Of a stretch of DNA of 64,000 nucleotides, positions 10,429 through 20,373 are shown one piece after another. The DNA is from an uncultured Bacteroidales bacterium. GTDB taxonomy: Bacteria > Bacteroidota > Bacteroidia > Bacteroidales > UBA932. A program made the position numbers and the translations under genes. Positions within the stretch are counted from its first letter, which is position 1. The number at the start of each line of letters is the position of its first letter. Under the pieces are notes generated by a model. That model saw only the letters and a program-made list of their open reading frames with translations. It did no database searches and was not told the origin of the DNA. The stretch spans positions 169 to 64,168 of the forward strand of contig CALUQC010000117.1 in NCBI GenBank assembly GCA_944322805.1, read 5' to 3'.

Positions 10429-11010
10429 ATGAAAGAATTCAACATCGAAGATGCGGTCAGCGAGGACGGCAAATGGGAAACTGTCAGCAGCGAGTATCTG
10501 TTCAGGAGACCGTGGCTGACAGTGCGCCATGACCGGGTGCGGCTTCCGGACGGACGCATCAATCCGGAGTTCTATGTATTGGAGTATCCCGACTGGATAA
10601 ATGTCATAGCCATTACCGAAGACGGACATTTCGTGATGGAGCGGCAGTTCCGGTACGGGTTGGGCAAGACATGCTACGAGATTCCGGCCGGAGTCATCGA
10701 GAAGGGGGAGACTCCGCTCGAGGCTGCGCGGAGAGAACTTGCGGAGGAAACCGGCTTCGGAGGCGGAGAGTGGAAAGAAATGATGGTCGTGTCTGGCAAT
10801 CCGAGTACGACCAGCAATCTTACGCATTCCTTCCTCGCCACCGGTGTCAGAAAAATATCCGACCAGCATTTGGACAGCACGGAAGACCTGAGCGTATGTC
10901 TGCTGACAGAAGACCAGGTCAGGCAGCTGCTCGTGTCAGACAAGATCCGGCAGGCCCTTATGGCGGCCCCGCTGTGGAAATATTTTGCCATGAACGGCAT
11001 GTCATTGTAA
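10429..11010 (+). CDS. NUDIX hydrolase (ADP-ribose pyrophosphatase-like)
   Basis: EIPAGVIEKGETPLEAARRELAEETG; start moved to ATG 10429 after the fumarase stop. Confidence 0.88.
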   Translation: MKEFNIEDAVSEDGKWETVSSEYLFRRPWLTVRHDRVRLPDGRINPEFYVLEYPDWINVIAITEDGHFVMERQFRYGLGKTCYEIPAGVIEKGETPLEAARRELAEETGFGGGEWKEMMVVSGNPSTTSNLTHSFLATGVRKISDQHLDSTEDLSVCLLTEDQVRQLLVSDKIRQALMAAPLWKYFAMNGMSL

Positions 11011-11029
11011 CCTTAATTTTTTTTTTGCC

Positions 11030-13261
11030 ATGCGAAAAGCACTTTGCGTATTATCGGCCTTGCTGGCAACAGCATCGCTTGCGTCTGCGCAGACGCCTGT
11101 TTATCTCGACGAGACGAAACCCATAGACGAAAGGGTGGAGGACGCCCTCTCGAGGATGACCGTCGAGGAAAAAATCAAGTTGATTCATGCACAGTCTAAG
11201 TTCAGTTCGAGCGGAGTGCCGAGGCTCGGTATTCCGGAACTGTGGACGACGGACGGACCCCACGGAATCAGACCGGAAGTTTTCTGGGACGAATGGGACC
11301 AGGCCGGATGGACCAATGACTCATGCGTGGCTTTTCCTGCCCTGACATGTCTTGCCGCCACCTGGAATGAGGAAATGGCGCATCTTTACGGCAAAAGCAT
11401 AGGGGAGGAAGCGCTTTACAGGGGCAAGGACGTACTGCTCGGTCCCGGAGTAAACATATACCGTACGCCTCTCAACGGACGTAATTTCGAATATATGGGC
11501 GAAGACCCTTATCTCGCCGGGGAAATGGTCGTGCCGTATGTCATCGGAGTGCAGGAGAACGGAGTGGCTGTCTGCGTGAAGCATTTCGCCCTGAACAACC
11601 ATGAGGTGAACAGACACAATACCAATGTAGTGGTCGATGACAGAACACTTTATGAAATCTACCTCCCGGCGTTCAAGGCTGCGGTGCAGAAGGGCCATGC
11701 ATGGTCAGTCATGGGAAGCTACAACCTTTACAAGGAGCAGCATGCTTCGCACAACGAATATCTTCTTAATGATATCCTGAAAGGGGAATGGGGCTTCGAC
11801 GGAGCCGTGATTTCCGACTGGGGAGCTACGCATGATACCTACCAGGCCGTCAAAAACGGGCTTGACCTCGAATTCGGCACCGGTACGGACGGTCTGCACT
11901 CGGCAAGCCGGAACAGTTATGACAATTATCATTTGGGACTACCATATTTGGATATGATAAAGGACGGAACTGTCGGTACTGAAGAACTGGATGACAAGGT
12001 GCGCAGGGTGCTGAAACTGATATTCAGGACAGCAATGAACAGCGGACGCGGATTCGGCAGTTTCTGTTCGGACGAACATTATGCTGCGGCAAGACGTATC
12101 GGAGGTGAAGGGGTCGTCCTTCTGAAAAACGAGGGGGATGCGCTTCCTGTCGATTTCGACAAGCCGGGCTCGAAGATATTGGTGGTGGGCGAGAACGCCG
12201 TCAAGATGATGACGGTGGGAGGCGGAAGCTCCTCCTTGAAGGTCCAGAGGGAAATTTCTCCTCTCGAGGGCATACGGGAGCGGGCCGGAGAAGGCGTGGA
12301 AGTGATGTATGCCCGCGGCTATGTAGGGGATGTCTCCGGTGAATACAACGGCGTGACGAGCGGGCAGGATCTTTCCGAGACGAGGTCGGGGGAAGAATTG
12401 CTTGCAGAGGCTGTCTCGATGGCCCGGGATGCTGACTGCGTCATCTTTATAGGCGGTCTGAACAAGAGCGTGAATCAGGACTGCGAGGACTCTGACCGCA
12501 AGGGGCTCGGCCTGCCGTACGATCAGGACAAGGTGATTTCCGCCCTGGCCGAAGTGACCGACAGGCTCGTTTACGTGAATATTTCCGGCAACGCGGTGGC
12601 CATGCCGTGGATAGATGACGTGGAGGCAGTCCTCCAGGCATGGTATATCGGGTCGGAGGCCGGACACGTCATTGCCGACGTACTGTCAGGTGACGTCAAT
12701 CCGTCCGGCAAACTTCCGTTCACTTTCCCTGCCGTACTCGAGGATTGTCCGGCACACAGCCTCGGTGAATATACCGGTGTCCATGTCAGGGATACTGTGG
12801 ACATTGAGTACAAGGAAGGCATTTACGTCGGCTACAGGTGGGCAGACATGCAGAAAAAGTCAAAACCGCTTTTCGCTTTCGGCCACGGTCTCAGCTATAC
12901 GTCATTCAGCTACGGCAAGCCTGTCATCGACGTGAAGAAAATAAGTCCGGACGGGAAAGCTACTGTCAGCGTGGATGTTACCAATACCGGACAGGTCGAG
13001 GGCAAGGAAACGGTACAGCTTTATATTTCCGACAAGTCGTCATCCCTTCCCCGGCCGGTTAAGGAACTGAAAGGTTTCCGCAAGATCAGCCTTAAGCCAG
13101 GCGAGACTGCAACGGTTTCATTCGAAATAGACCGGGAAAGCCTGAGCTTTTTCGATCCTGAGCGTCACGAGTGGATAGCGGAGCCGGGCAAGTTCGAGGC
13201 CATAGTCGCCTCAGCTTCCGACGATATCCGCGGCAAGGTCGCGTTCGAACTGGCAGAGTAA
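11030..13261 (+). CDS. Glycoside hydrolase family 3 (beta-glucosidase/xylosidase) with Fn3-like C-terminus
   Basis: Signal peptide; DGPHG, GRNFEYMGEDP, KHF, ISDWG (nucleophile), FGHGLSYT, ELKGF. Confidence 0.95.
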   Translation: MRKALCVLSALLATASLASAQTPVYLDETKPIDERVEDALSRMTVEEKIKLIHAQSKFSSSGVPRLGIPELWTTDGPHGIRPEVFWDEWDQAGWTNDSCVAFPALTCLAATWNEEMAHLYGKSIGEEALYRGKDVLLGPGVNIYRTPLNGRNFEYMGEDPYLAGEMVVPYVIGVQENGVAVCVKHFALNNHEVNRHNTNVVVDDRTLYEIYLPAFKAAVQKGHAWSVMGSYNLYKEQHASHNEYLLNDILKGEWGFDGAVISDWGATHDTYQAVKNGLDLEFGTGTDGLHSASRNSYDNYHLGLPYLDMIKDGTVGTEELDDKVRRVLKLIFRTAMNSGRGFGSFCSDEHYAAARRIGGEGVVLLKNEGDALPVDFDKPGSKILVVGENAVKMMTVGGGSSSLKVQREISPLEGIRERAGEGVEVMYARGYVGDVSGEYNGVTSGQDLSETRSGEELLAEAVSMARDADCVIFIGGLNKSVNQDCEDSDRKGLGLPYDQDKVISALAEVTDRLVYVNISGNAVAMPWIDDVEAVLQAWYIGSEAGHVIADVLSGDVNPSGKLPFTFPAVLEDCPAHSLGEYTGVHVRDTVDIEYKEGIYVGYRWADMQKKSKPLFAFGHGLSYTSFSYGKPVIDVKKISPDGKATVSVDVTNTGQVEGKETVQLYISDKSSSLPRPVKELKGFRKISLKPGETATVSFEIDRESLSFFDPERHEWIAEPGKFEAIVASASDDIRGKVAFELAE

Positions 13262-13300
13262 CGGCTTTCCTGCCGTGCGTACCGGACTCCAAGTAAAAGA

Positions 13301-13330
13301 GAGGGCAGGTCTAAAGTCAGACCTGCCCTC
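13301..13330. terminator. Terminator hairpin between convergent GH3 and rubrerythrin genes
   Basis: GAGGGCAGGTCT-aaagtc-AGACCTGCCCTC, perfect 12-bp stem. Confidence 0.8.
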
Positions 13331-13356
13331 CTCTCCTTTGTTCCGTATGCCGCTGT

Positions 13357-13911
13357 TTATTTCTTGAAATAGCGGTTGTAAAGGCCCTGGAAACCTGCGC
13401 CGTGACGGGCTTCGTCCTTGCACATTTCATGAACGGTGTCATGGATGGCGTCGAGGTTGTGCGCCTTTGCCAGTTTTGCAATGCGGAGTTTGTCTTCACA
13501 TGCTCCGGCTTCGGCTTCCATTCTCTTCTTGACGTTGGTCTCGGTATCCCAGACTACTTCTCCGAGCAGTTCCGCGAATCTTGCCGCATGGTCGGCTTCT
13601 TCATATGCGTACCTTTTGAAAGCCTCGGCGATCTCCGGATATCCTTCCCTGTCGGCCTGGCGGCTCATCGCAATGTACATTCCGACTTCCGTGCATTCTC
13701 CTGCAAAATGGTCCTTGAGACCCTGGAGGATTTCAGGATCAATACCCTTTGCCACTCCGAGCTTGTGCTCGTCAGCCCAGGTGATTTCCCCTTCCTTTTC
13801 AACTACTTCTACGAATTTGTCAGCTTTTGCGTGACATATCGGGCACTCTGCCGGTGCGCTGTCTCCCTCGTGGATATAACCGCATACGAGGCATCTGAAT
13901 TTCTTTTTCAT
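13357..13911 (-). CDS. Reverse rubrerythrin / NADH peroxidase
   Basis: N-terminal rubredoxin CLVCGY...CPIC plus ferritin-like di-iron EEADH and DEARH motifs. Confidence 0.93.
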   Translation of the reverse strand: MKKKFRCLVCGYIHEGDSAPAECPICHAKADKFVEVVEKEGEITWADEHKLGVAKGIDPEILQGLKDHFAGECTEVGMYIAMSRQADREGYPEIAEAFKRYAYEEADHAARFAELLGEVVWDTETNVKKRMEAEAGACEDKLRIAKLAKAHNLDAIHDTVHEMCKDEARHGAGFQGLYNRYFKK

Positions 13912-13946
13912 TTCGAATCCTTTTAATATGTGTGAATAATTGTTAT

Positions 13947-13961
13947 TTTGAATAATTCTAA
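13947..13961 (-). promoter_or_regulatory. Putative PerR/Fur-family operator
   Basis: Minus strand TTAGAATTATTCAAA versus Per box TTAnAATnATTnTAA; lies between the -7 element and the rubrerythrin start. Confidence 0.6.
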
Positions 13962-13974
13962 ATTATTTCATTTG

Positions 13975-13982
13975 CAAATGTA
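13975..13982 (-). promoter_or_regulatory. -7 element (TACATTTG) of the rubrerythrin promoter
   Basis: TTG-N19-TACATTTG on the minus strand. Confidence 0.6.
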
Positions 13983-14016
13983 GTGTTTTTCGGTGGAAAT
14001 ACAACTAAAAATCATA

Positions 14017-14066
14017 AAATTTTTCAATATAAATTTTATAAAGTATTTTCGTGGAGAAATTTGCTG
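14017..14066 (+). repeat. 50-bp intergenic block, 45/50 identical to 38792-38841
   Basis: Direct alignment by eye. Confidence 0.85.
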
Positions 14067-14099
14067 GATTTTATGCCGGAATGACAGGCAAGGTAGTTT

Positions 14100-14123
14100 T
14101 TGAAAAATTTCAAGACAGTTTCT
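14100..14123 (+). repeat. Copy of dispersed TTGAAAAATTTCAARACAGTTTCT element
   Basis: TTGAAAAATTTCAAGACAGTTTCT immediately before ATG 14125. Confidence 0.85.
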
Positions 14124-14124
14124 T

Positions 14125-17103
14125 ATGGTCCCTTTTCTAAAGCAGGTTGCAGAACATTATTACGATGCCGGAGATATCGAAGACAGGTGTTTCATATTTC
14201 CGAACAGGAGGTCCATGGCCTTTTTCCGGAAATACCTTTCCGAAGTCATTGCCCGGAAGCAGGCTTCCGGGCAAAAGGTGCAGCCTCTCATTGCCCCGGC
14301 ATCCTGTACCATAAATGACTTTTTCTCAGTCCTGTACGGATCCCCCGTCTCGGACAGGGTCAGCCTGCTTCTCGAACTGTATGACTGTTATGCCGGACTG
14401 AATCCGAAAGCGGAGACTTTGGATGAATTCATTTACTGGGGCGATGTCCTGCTTTCCGATTTCAACGATGTGGACAAGTACATGGCCGATCCTTCGCAGT
14501 TGTATGCCAATATTGCCGATCTGAAGGGAATCCAGGATTCGTATTCCTATCTCACCGACAGCCAGAGGGAGGCCATCCTGCATTTCGTGGGCCATTTCAG
14601 GGATGGCAGCGGCGGCCTGACGGTAAATCTCGGCTCCGACTCTCCGAATGTCAAGGAACGTTTCCTGCATATCTGGAATATCCTGTATCCGCTTTATTCC
14701 GGTTTCAGAAGACGTCTTGAAGATGCCGGAAAGGCATACGAAGGCATGGTGTACAGGAGCATTGCGGAAAAATTCGCGGGAGGGGCAGCCCGGGATATCC
14801 TGCAGGAAAAGTTCCCGGATGCGTCGGGCTTCGTTTTCGTGGGGCTGAATGCCCTGAATGAATGCGAAAAGACTGTTCTGGGGAAAATGCGGGACGGCGG
14901 GATGGCGGAATTCATCTGGGACTATTCGGGGAAACTTGTCAGGGACCGGCACAACCGTTCGTCCTTTTTCATGGAAGATAACGTGAGGGATTTCCCGCAG
15001 GCATTTGTGCCGGACCCCGAAGGAGTGGACATCCCTGAAATATCCGTGGTCGGCGTGCCGTCCGCTGTCGGGCAGGTGAAGCAGCTGCCGTGGATTTTTC
15101 AAAGCATCGCAAGCGAAAGCGGCGGGGGAGACCTTTCCATGATAGGAGGACTGTCGGAGAGCGTATGCAAGGCCGGAGGCGACTGCGCTGTCGTCCTTCC
15201 GGATGAAAATCTGCTGATGTCCGTACTCAATACCATCCCGCCGCAAATCGGGGACATAAACGTCACGATGGGCTATCCCATGACTTCGAGCGATTTTTAT
15301 GTATTCATGTCGTCGGTCTGCGCCCTGCAGCTGAACATGAGGAAGAAGGGCGGCGGATATTATTTCTGGTACAGGCAGGTCTGGCCCCTTTTCTCGAATC
15401 CTGTATTCAGGAAGGCTGCCGGGGAGGCGGGCATGGAGGCTGCGATGCGGATAAAGTCCGCCGCCGACCTTTACATATCGCAGGAAGCCTTGTCGGCCAC
15501 CGACTATTTTTCATTGATTTTCAGGCCGGTGATTCCGGACAGGAATGCCTCCGGCAGTCAGGTCATCGAAGATTTTTCCGCATATCTTATTGAAGTCATA
15601 GAGCGTACCGCACTGTCCATGGACGGTCTGGAACTGGAGTTTGCGAAAGGATATCACGACTGTGTGACGGCGCTGCGGAGAGTCCGGCTCGAAATCCAGC
15701 CGCAGACTTACATCCATCTGCTCCGCCAGCTGTTGTCTTCCGTATCCGTGCCTTTCAGGGGAGAGCCGCTGAAAGGGCTTCAGATTATGGGACCGCTGGA
15801 AACCCGCGCCCTCGATTTCACCAATATCATAATCCTGTCGGCGAACGAGGGGATATTCCCGAGACGGAACGTAAGCTCCTCCTTTATACCTCCTGAACTC
15901 AGAAAGGGATTCGGACTGCCGACTTACGAGTACCAGGACGCCGTCTGGGCCTATTATTTTTACAGGATGATCACCAGGGCCTCCCGCGTGTGGATGCTGT
16001 ACGATTCCCGGACGGAGGGAATAAAATCCGGTGAGGAAAGCCGTTACATAAAGCAGATGAGGTACCATTTCAATCTTCCGCTGCGGGTGTTCACGACAGG
16101 TACGGCCTTGTCGGGAGCCGTGCGGGACGCGGAGATTCCCCGGACGGAAGAAGATGTCCGCCTTATCCGGGACATGACATTTTCGGCTTCTTCCCTCCAG
16201 ACATATCTCTCATGTCCGGTAAAGTTCTATTACCGGTATGTCAGGAAACTTGAGGCCGAGGATGATGTCTCGGAGAATATCGACAACGGGATTTTCGGCA
16301 ATGTCTATCATGCCGTAATGCAGGCTCTCTATATGGGGGATGAAGCCATGGCTGCGGACATCGATTTCAATGACAGGCGGCAGACGGCATTGCTCGGCGG
16401 TGCCATGGAGTCGGTGTCCCGCGATTATTTGCGCAAATGGCTGAATGACCGGAAAACCGTCAGGGACAAGGTGTTCGGGCAGATGATGAAAGAAATGCAC
16501 GTCATGGAGATTCTGGGCAGGAACATCGTGGCGGGAGATGTCATAGTCCATTATGTCATGAAGACTCTGGAGCGAGACCTCGGGCTGATGGACAGCTACG
16601 GGACGGACAGTTTCAGGATACTGGGGCTGGAAAAATACTTCGTTGCCGGTTTCGGGGATTTCAGGATAGCCGGATACATCGACAGGATAGACAGCTTTGT
16701 CCCTGACGAGATAAGGGTCGTGGACTACAAGACCGGAAAGGTGAACGATGCCGACGAGAAAATCGACGATGACAATGCGGAGGAGGTGGCTGACGCAATA
16801 TTTGCGGAGAGCAATGCGAAAAGGCCGAAAATAGCGTTGCAGCTGTATGTTTACGACAAATTCCTGCGCCACGGAGGCCTGATCCCGGAAGGGGGCAATG
16901 CGGTCAACTGCATCTATTCCACTTCCCGGCTGTTCAGGGAGGCTCCGAGGAATTTTGCGGTCAGCGAGCGTTTCCACCGCCTTGTGGATGAGCGTCTTGC
17001 AGGGCTGTTCCGGCAGATGACGGACGTTTCCGTACCTTTCAGAATGGCGGAGGACAGGATTCCGTGCGCCTATTGCGATTTCAAGATAATTTGCGGGAGA
17101 TGA
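14125..17103 (+). CDS. AddB-like PD-(D/E)XK nuclease
   Basis: IFPNRRS N-terminus; GYIDRID...VVDYKTG nuclease motif; four Cys (SCP...CAYCDFKIIC) Fe-S staple. Confidence 0.85.
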   Translation: MVPFLKQVAEHYYDAGDIEDRCFIFPNRRSMAFFRKYLSEVIARKQASGQKVQPLIAPASCTINDFFSVLYGSPVSDRVSLLLELYDCYAGLNPKAETLDEFIYWGDVLLSDFNDVDKYMADPSQLYANIADLKGIQDSYSYLTDSQREAILHFVGHFRDGSGGLTVNLGSDSPNVKERFLHIWNILYPLYSGFRRRLEDAGKAYEGMVYRSIAEKFAGGAARDILQEKFPDASGFVFVGLNALNECEKTVLGKMRDGGMAEFIWDYSGKLVRDRHNRSSFFMEDNVRDFPQAFVPDPEGVDIPEISVVGVPSAVGQVKQLPWIFQSIASESGGGDLSMIGGLSESVCKAGGDCAVVLPDENLLMSVLNTIPPQIGDINVTMGYPMTSSDFYVFMSSVCALQLNMRKKGGGYYFWYRQVWPLFSNPVFRKAAGEAGMEAAMRIKSAADLYISQEALSATDYFSLIFRPVIPDRNASGSQVIEDFSAYLIEVIERTALSMDGLELEFAKGYHDCVTALRRVRLEIQPQTYIHLLRQLLSSVSVPFRGEPLKGLQIMGPLETRALDFTNIIILSANEGIFPRRNVSSSFIPPELRKGFGLPTYEYQDAVWAYYFYRMITRASRVWMLYDSRTEGIKSGEESRYIKQMRYHFNLPLRVFTTGTALSGAVRDAEIPRTEEDVRLIRDMTFSASSLQTYLSCPVKFYYRYVRKLEAEDDVSENIDNGIFGNVYHAVMQALYMGDEAMAADIDFNDRRQTALLGGAMESVSRDYLRKWLNDRKTVRDKVFGQMMKEMHVMEILGRNIVAGDVIVHYVMKTLERDLGLMDSYGTDSFRILGLEKYFVAGFGDFRIAGYIDRIDSFVPDEIRVVDYKTGKVNDADEKIDDDNAEEVADAIFAESNAKRPKIALQLYVYDKFLRHGGLIPEGGNAVNCIYSTSRLFREAPRNFAVSERFHRLVDERLAGLFRQMTDVSVPFRMAEDRIPCAYCDFKIICGR

Positions 17104-20100
17104 TACAGATAATGAAAGCATCGGCAGGGTCGGGAAAAACATTCAACCTTGCCAGGAAATACATAACCTTGCTGCTCGGGAAAGGTGACATGTTCGCCTA
17201 CCGGCATATTCTGGCCGTGACTTTTACGAACAAGGCTACGGACGAGATGAAAAGCAGAATATTGAAGGAACTGTACATACTTTCCTCCGAGCCGGAGAAG
17301 TCAGGCTATCTGAAATGGTTCATCCCGGAGATGTTTTCCGAAAGCGAACTGGCGGACGTGAGGGAAGCGGATATCGTCAGGGAGCTGCCGGGGATGAAGG
17401 GCCGGAAGATTACCCTGGAGCTTTTGCGGCAGGCTGCCGGGGCGATGCTGAGCAACATGCTTCATGACTACGGGGCATTTTCAGTCAGCACCATAGACCG
17501 TTTTTTTCTTTATTTGTTGAAAGCCTTCTCCAGGGAGATAGGCCAGTTCGCATCTTACCGGGTGGAGCTCGACAGGAAATCTCTCATAGATGAAAGCGTG
17601 GACAGGATTCTGGACTCCCTCGGCCCGGACAGGCCCGATTTGCTGCGCTGGCTGACGGACTGTGCGATGGACTATGTGGAAAAGGGCGAAAGATACAGCC
17701 TCGATGCACAGCTGAAAAAAATGGCCGGAAGGCTCAAATCGGACGAACACAGGATAATGGTCCAGGACAGCGGAATAGACGAGTCCGCTCTGTACTCTTA
17801 TGACAACCTCCGGAATATCAGGGCCGTCTGCACTGAGACGATATCAGCTTTCCGAGGCAGGGTCGCCGGGGCGGCAAAGGCGGTGATGGATGTGCTCGGG
17901 ACTGCGGGGGTCGCCCCGGAAAAGTTCAACGGGGGCTTCCTGGCCAAAATCCGCAATTACGCCGATCCGGAACCGCACGGGACCATGGCGGCTCCGTCTC
18001 CGTCATTCATGACCAAGGCTGCCGATCCGGAAAAATGGTTCAGCAAGGCTGCGGCAAAAACAATGCTTCCATTAGTTTATCCTGCCCTTGAAGAGCCTCT
18101 GAATGCTTTCTGCGACTGTTTCGGAGATGATTTCAGGCTGTTCAACACTGCCGTGATCCTGCTCGGCCAGCTGTACGAGCTTGGCGTGGCGTCCGATCTC
18201 TACAGGGAGTTCGATGCAGTGCTGAAAGAGAAGAACGTACTCAGCATAGATGATTCCAACACGATATTGAAGAATATCATAGACGGCTCCGATGCACCGT
18301 TCATATATGAAAAGACCGGTATAAGATACGAAAATTTCCTGCTCGACGAATTCCAGGACACTTCATCGATACAGTGGGATAATTTCCGGCCCCTGATCCG
18401 GAACAGCATTGCCTCCGGGCAGGAAAACCTGATAGTCGGGGATGTGAAGCAGAGCATATACCGCTGGCGTGGCTCTGACTGGAGCCTGTTGGACAGCGGA
18501 ATACGCGGGGAGTTGTCCGAGGTGGAGGATACTGTCCTGGACAGGAATTTCAGGAGCTGCCGCAATATTGTCGAATTCAACAATTCCTTTTTCACTTTTG
18601 CCGCTGCGGCCCTTGATTCCTTTTACGGCATGCGGAACGGAAAGCCGATAGCGGACATCTATTCGGACGTAGCACAGAAAGCGGCTGCCGGAAATGCCGC
18701 ACCGGGACAAGTCAGGGTCACTTTCTGCAGGGAGGAAGACGAAACAGGGCAGGTACTGTCCACCATCGCGGAACTCAGGGAATCCGGTGCATCATTCGGG
18801 GATATCACGGTGCTGGTCAGGAGCCGGGAGCCCGGTATCGGCATCTCTGCCGCGCTCATAGCGAATTCAATACCGGTGATTACGGATGATTCCCTGAAGG
18901 TAAAGTCTTCCGTAATGGTCAGGAGGCTTGCTTCCCTGCTTTCCTATGCTGACAGTCCCGGAGATACGGTGAACAGCTTCCTGGCGGGAAGCCTCGACGT
19001 GGAAATCCCTGATGAAAGCCATTCGCTGGCCGACTTGTGCGAAATCTTCTGCCGTGCCCTGCGGGAAAAGGATCCGGCAGGTTTCGATGCGGAAATCACG
19101 TACATACAGTCTTTCGTGGACTGTGTCCTCGACTACGCTTCGGCCAATGGCAGCAATCTCCACGACTTCCTCTGCTACTGGTCGGATTCCTCCACCGATC
19201 CGTCCATAAGTTCCCCTTCCGGAGCGGATGCTGTCCGGATAATGACCGTCCACAAGGCCAAGGGCCTGGATGCGGGCTATGTGATTTTCCCGTATGCGGA
19301 AAAGGTGGACATATTCAGGACGGGAAACAGTTGGTGCCGCCCGGACCTGAAAGGCACTGCCCTCGAATCCGCGGACGGAGTTTACGATGTGGTCCTTTCC
19401 TCTGCTTCCAATGATACATTTTTCCGTGAGGATTATCTTGATGAAAAGAAGAAACAGTATATAGACAATATCAATATTTTCTATGTTGCCCTGACAAGGG
19501 CAGTCAAAGGCATGCATGTCATTGCGGCGGCTCCTTCGGCCACGTTCATGAAATCTAAGGACAAGGACATCCCGCAATATGCCGATTTCAGCAATATCCT
19601 GTATGTCTACATGGACAGATTCGGGGTGAAATCGGGTTTTACGGCGGAACGGGACGAAGATACGGGTGCGCTCTGCTATAAAAAGGGGAAAATCCCGGAT
19701 TTCTCCGGATCGCACGCCGGGGAGGCTGCCGGCTCCGTCCTGCCTCCGTCATACCGGTCCTGGCCGCTGAACCCCGTGTCCCTGGACGGGACATGCCTGC
19801 GCAACAGGATAGTTTTCAGTGGGGACGCATATGATTTCTTCCACGGCGGTGTCTCGGGACCGGAGGGAAAGTCCGCCAGAGTCAAGGGCATAATCCTGCA
19901 TCAGATCCTGTCCGGAATAAATACTGCCGCGGATATCTCCAAGGCCGTGTCCGATGCGGTGGCGTCCGGGCTGATCGGAAGCGAAGATGCCGCGCAGACA
20001 GAGGCTTTCTTCCGGGAAAGGATAGCTTCGGTGTCGGCCAGGGGGTGGTTTTCCAAAGATGCGGTGCGGATTTACAATGAGGCTTCCGTCATCGATACCG

Positions 20101-20300
20101 ACGGGGAAATCTACCGTCCGGACCGGGTGGAACTGCATCCGGACGGAAAAGTGACTGTCATCGACTACAAGTTCGGCGCGCAGGAAAAGGCATATCTCCG
20201 CCAGATTTCCCGGTACGCTTCCCTGTGGCGCAGGAGAGGCTGCACCGATGTTTCCGCCTGCCTGTGGTACGTCCTCACGAATGACGTCGTCGAAGCATGA
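17100..20300 (+). CDS. AddA-like UvrD helicase-nuclease
   Basis: ASAGSGKT, TFTNKAT, LLDEFQDTS, GDVKQSIYRWR, YVALTRA and C-terminal RPDR...IDYKFG; ATGA overlap with the upstream gene. Confidence 0.9.
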   Translation: MIQIMKASAGSGKTFNLARKYITLLLGKGDMFAYRHILAVTFTNKATDEMKSRILKELYILSSEPEKSGYLKWFIPEMFSESELADVREADIVRELPGMKGRKITLELLRQAAGAMLSNMLHDYGAFSVSTIDRFFLYLLKAFSREIGQFASYRVELDRKSLIDESVDRILDSLGPDRPDLLRWLTDCAMDYVEKGERYSLDAQLKKMAGRLKSDEHRIMVQDSGIDESALYSYDNLRNIRAVCTETISAFRGRVAGAAKAVMDVLGTAGVAPEKFNGGFLAKIRNYADPEPHGTMAAPSPSFMTKAADPEKWFSKAAAKTMLPLVYPALEEPLNAFCDCFGDDFRLFNTAVILLGQLYELGVASDLYREFDAVLKEKNVLSIDDSNTILKNIIDGSDAPFIYEKTGIRYENFLLDEFQDTSSIQWDNFRPLIRNSIASGQENLIVGDVKQSIYRWRGSDWSLLDSGIRGELSEVEDTVLDRNFRSCRNIVEFNNSFFTFAAAALDSFYGMRNGKPIADIYSDVAQKAAAGNAAPGQVRVTFCREEDETGQVLSTIAELRESGASFGDITVLVRSREPGIGISAALIANSIPVITDDSLKVKSSVMVRRLASLLSYADSPGDTVNSFLAGSLDVEIPDESHSLADLCEIFCRALREKDPAGFDAEITYIQSFVDCVLDYASANGSNLHDFLCYWSDSSTDPSISSPSGADAVRIMTVHKAKGLDAGYVIFPYAEKVDIFRTGNSWCRPDLKGTALESADGVYDVVLSSASNDTFFREDYLDEKKKQYIDNINIFYVALTRAVKGMHVIAAAPSATFMKSKDKDIPQYADFSNILYVYMDRFGVKSGFTAERDEDTGALCYKKGKIPDFSGSHAGEAAGSVLPPSYRSWPLNPVSLDGTCLRNRIVFSGDAYDFFHGGVSGPEGKSARVKGIILHQILSGINTAADISKAVSDAVASGLIGSEDAAQTEAFFRERIASVSARGWFSKDAVRIYNEASVIDTDGEIYRPDRVELHPDGKVTVIDYKFGAQEKAYLRQISRYASLWRRRGCTDVSACLWYVLTNDVVEA

Positions 20301-20333
20301 CAACGGCAGGGCGGCTTAAAAGGGGAATTTCTG

Positions 20334-20373
20334 CGTACTATATGCTGAAATTTCGTATTATATGCTGAAATTA
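20334..20373. repeat. Tandem 20-bp duplication of the CoA-transferase 3' end
   Basis: CGTACTATATGCTGAAATTT / CGTATTATATGCTGAAATTA (18/20). Confidence 0.75.

Noticed and set aside
8868-10562. 564-aa minus-strand ORF
   Set aside because: Antisense shadow of fumarate hydratase with no recognisable motifs
14125-20300. Nuclease plus helicase pair as a novel anti-phage or Cas4-type system
   Set aside because: Architecture matches housekeeping AddAB recombination repair; no CRISPR array, cas genes or island signs nearby
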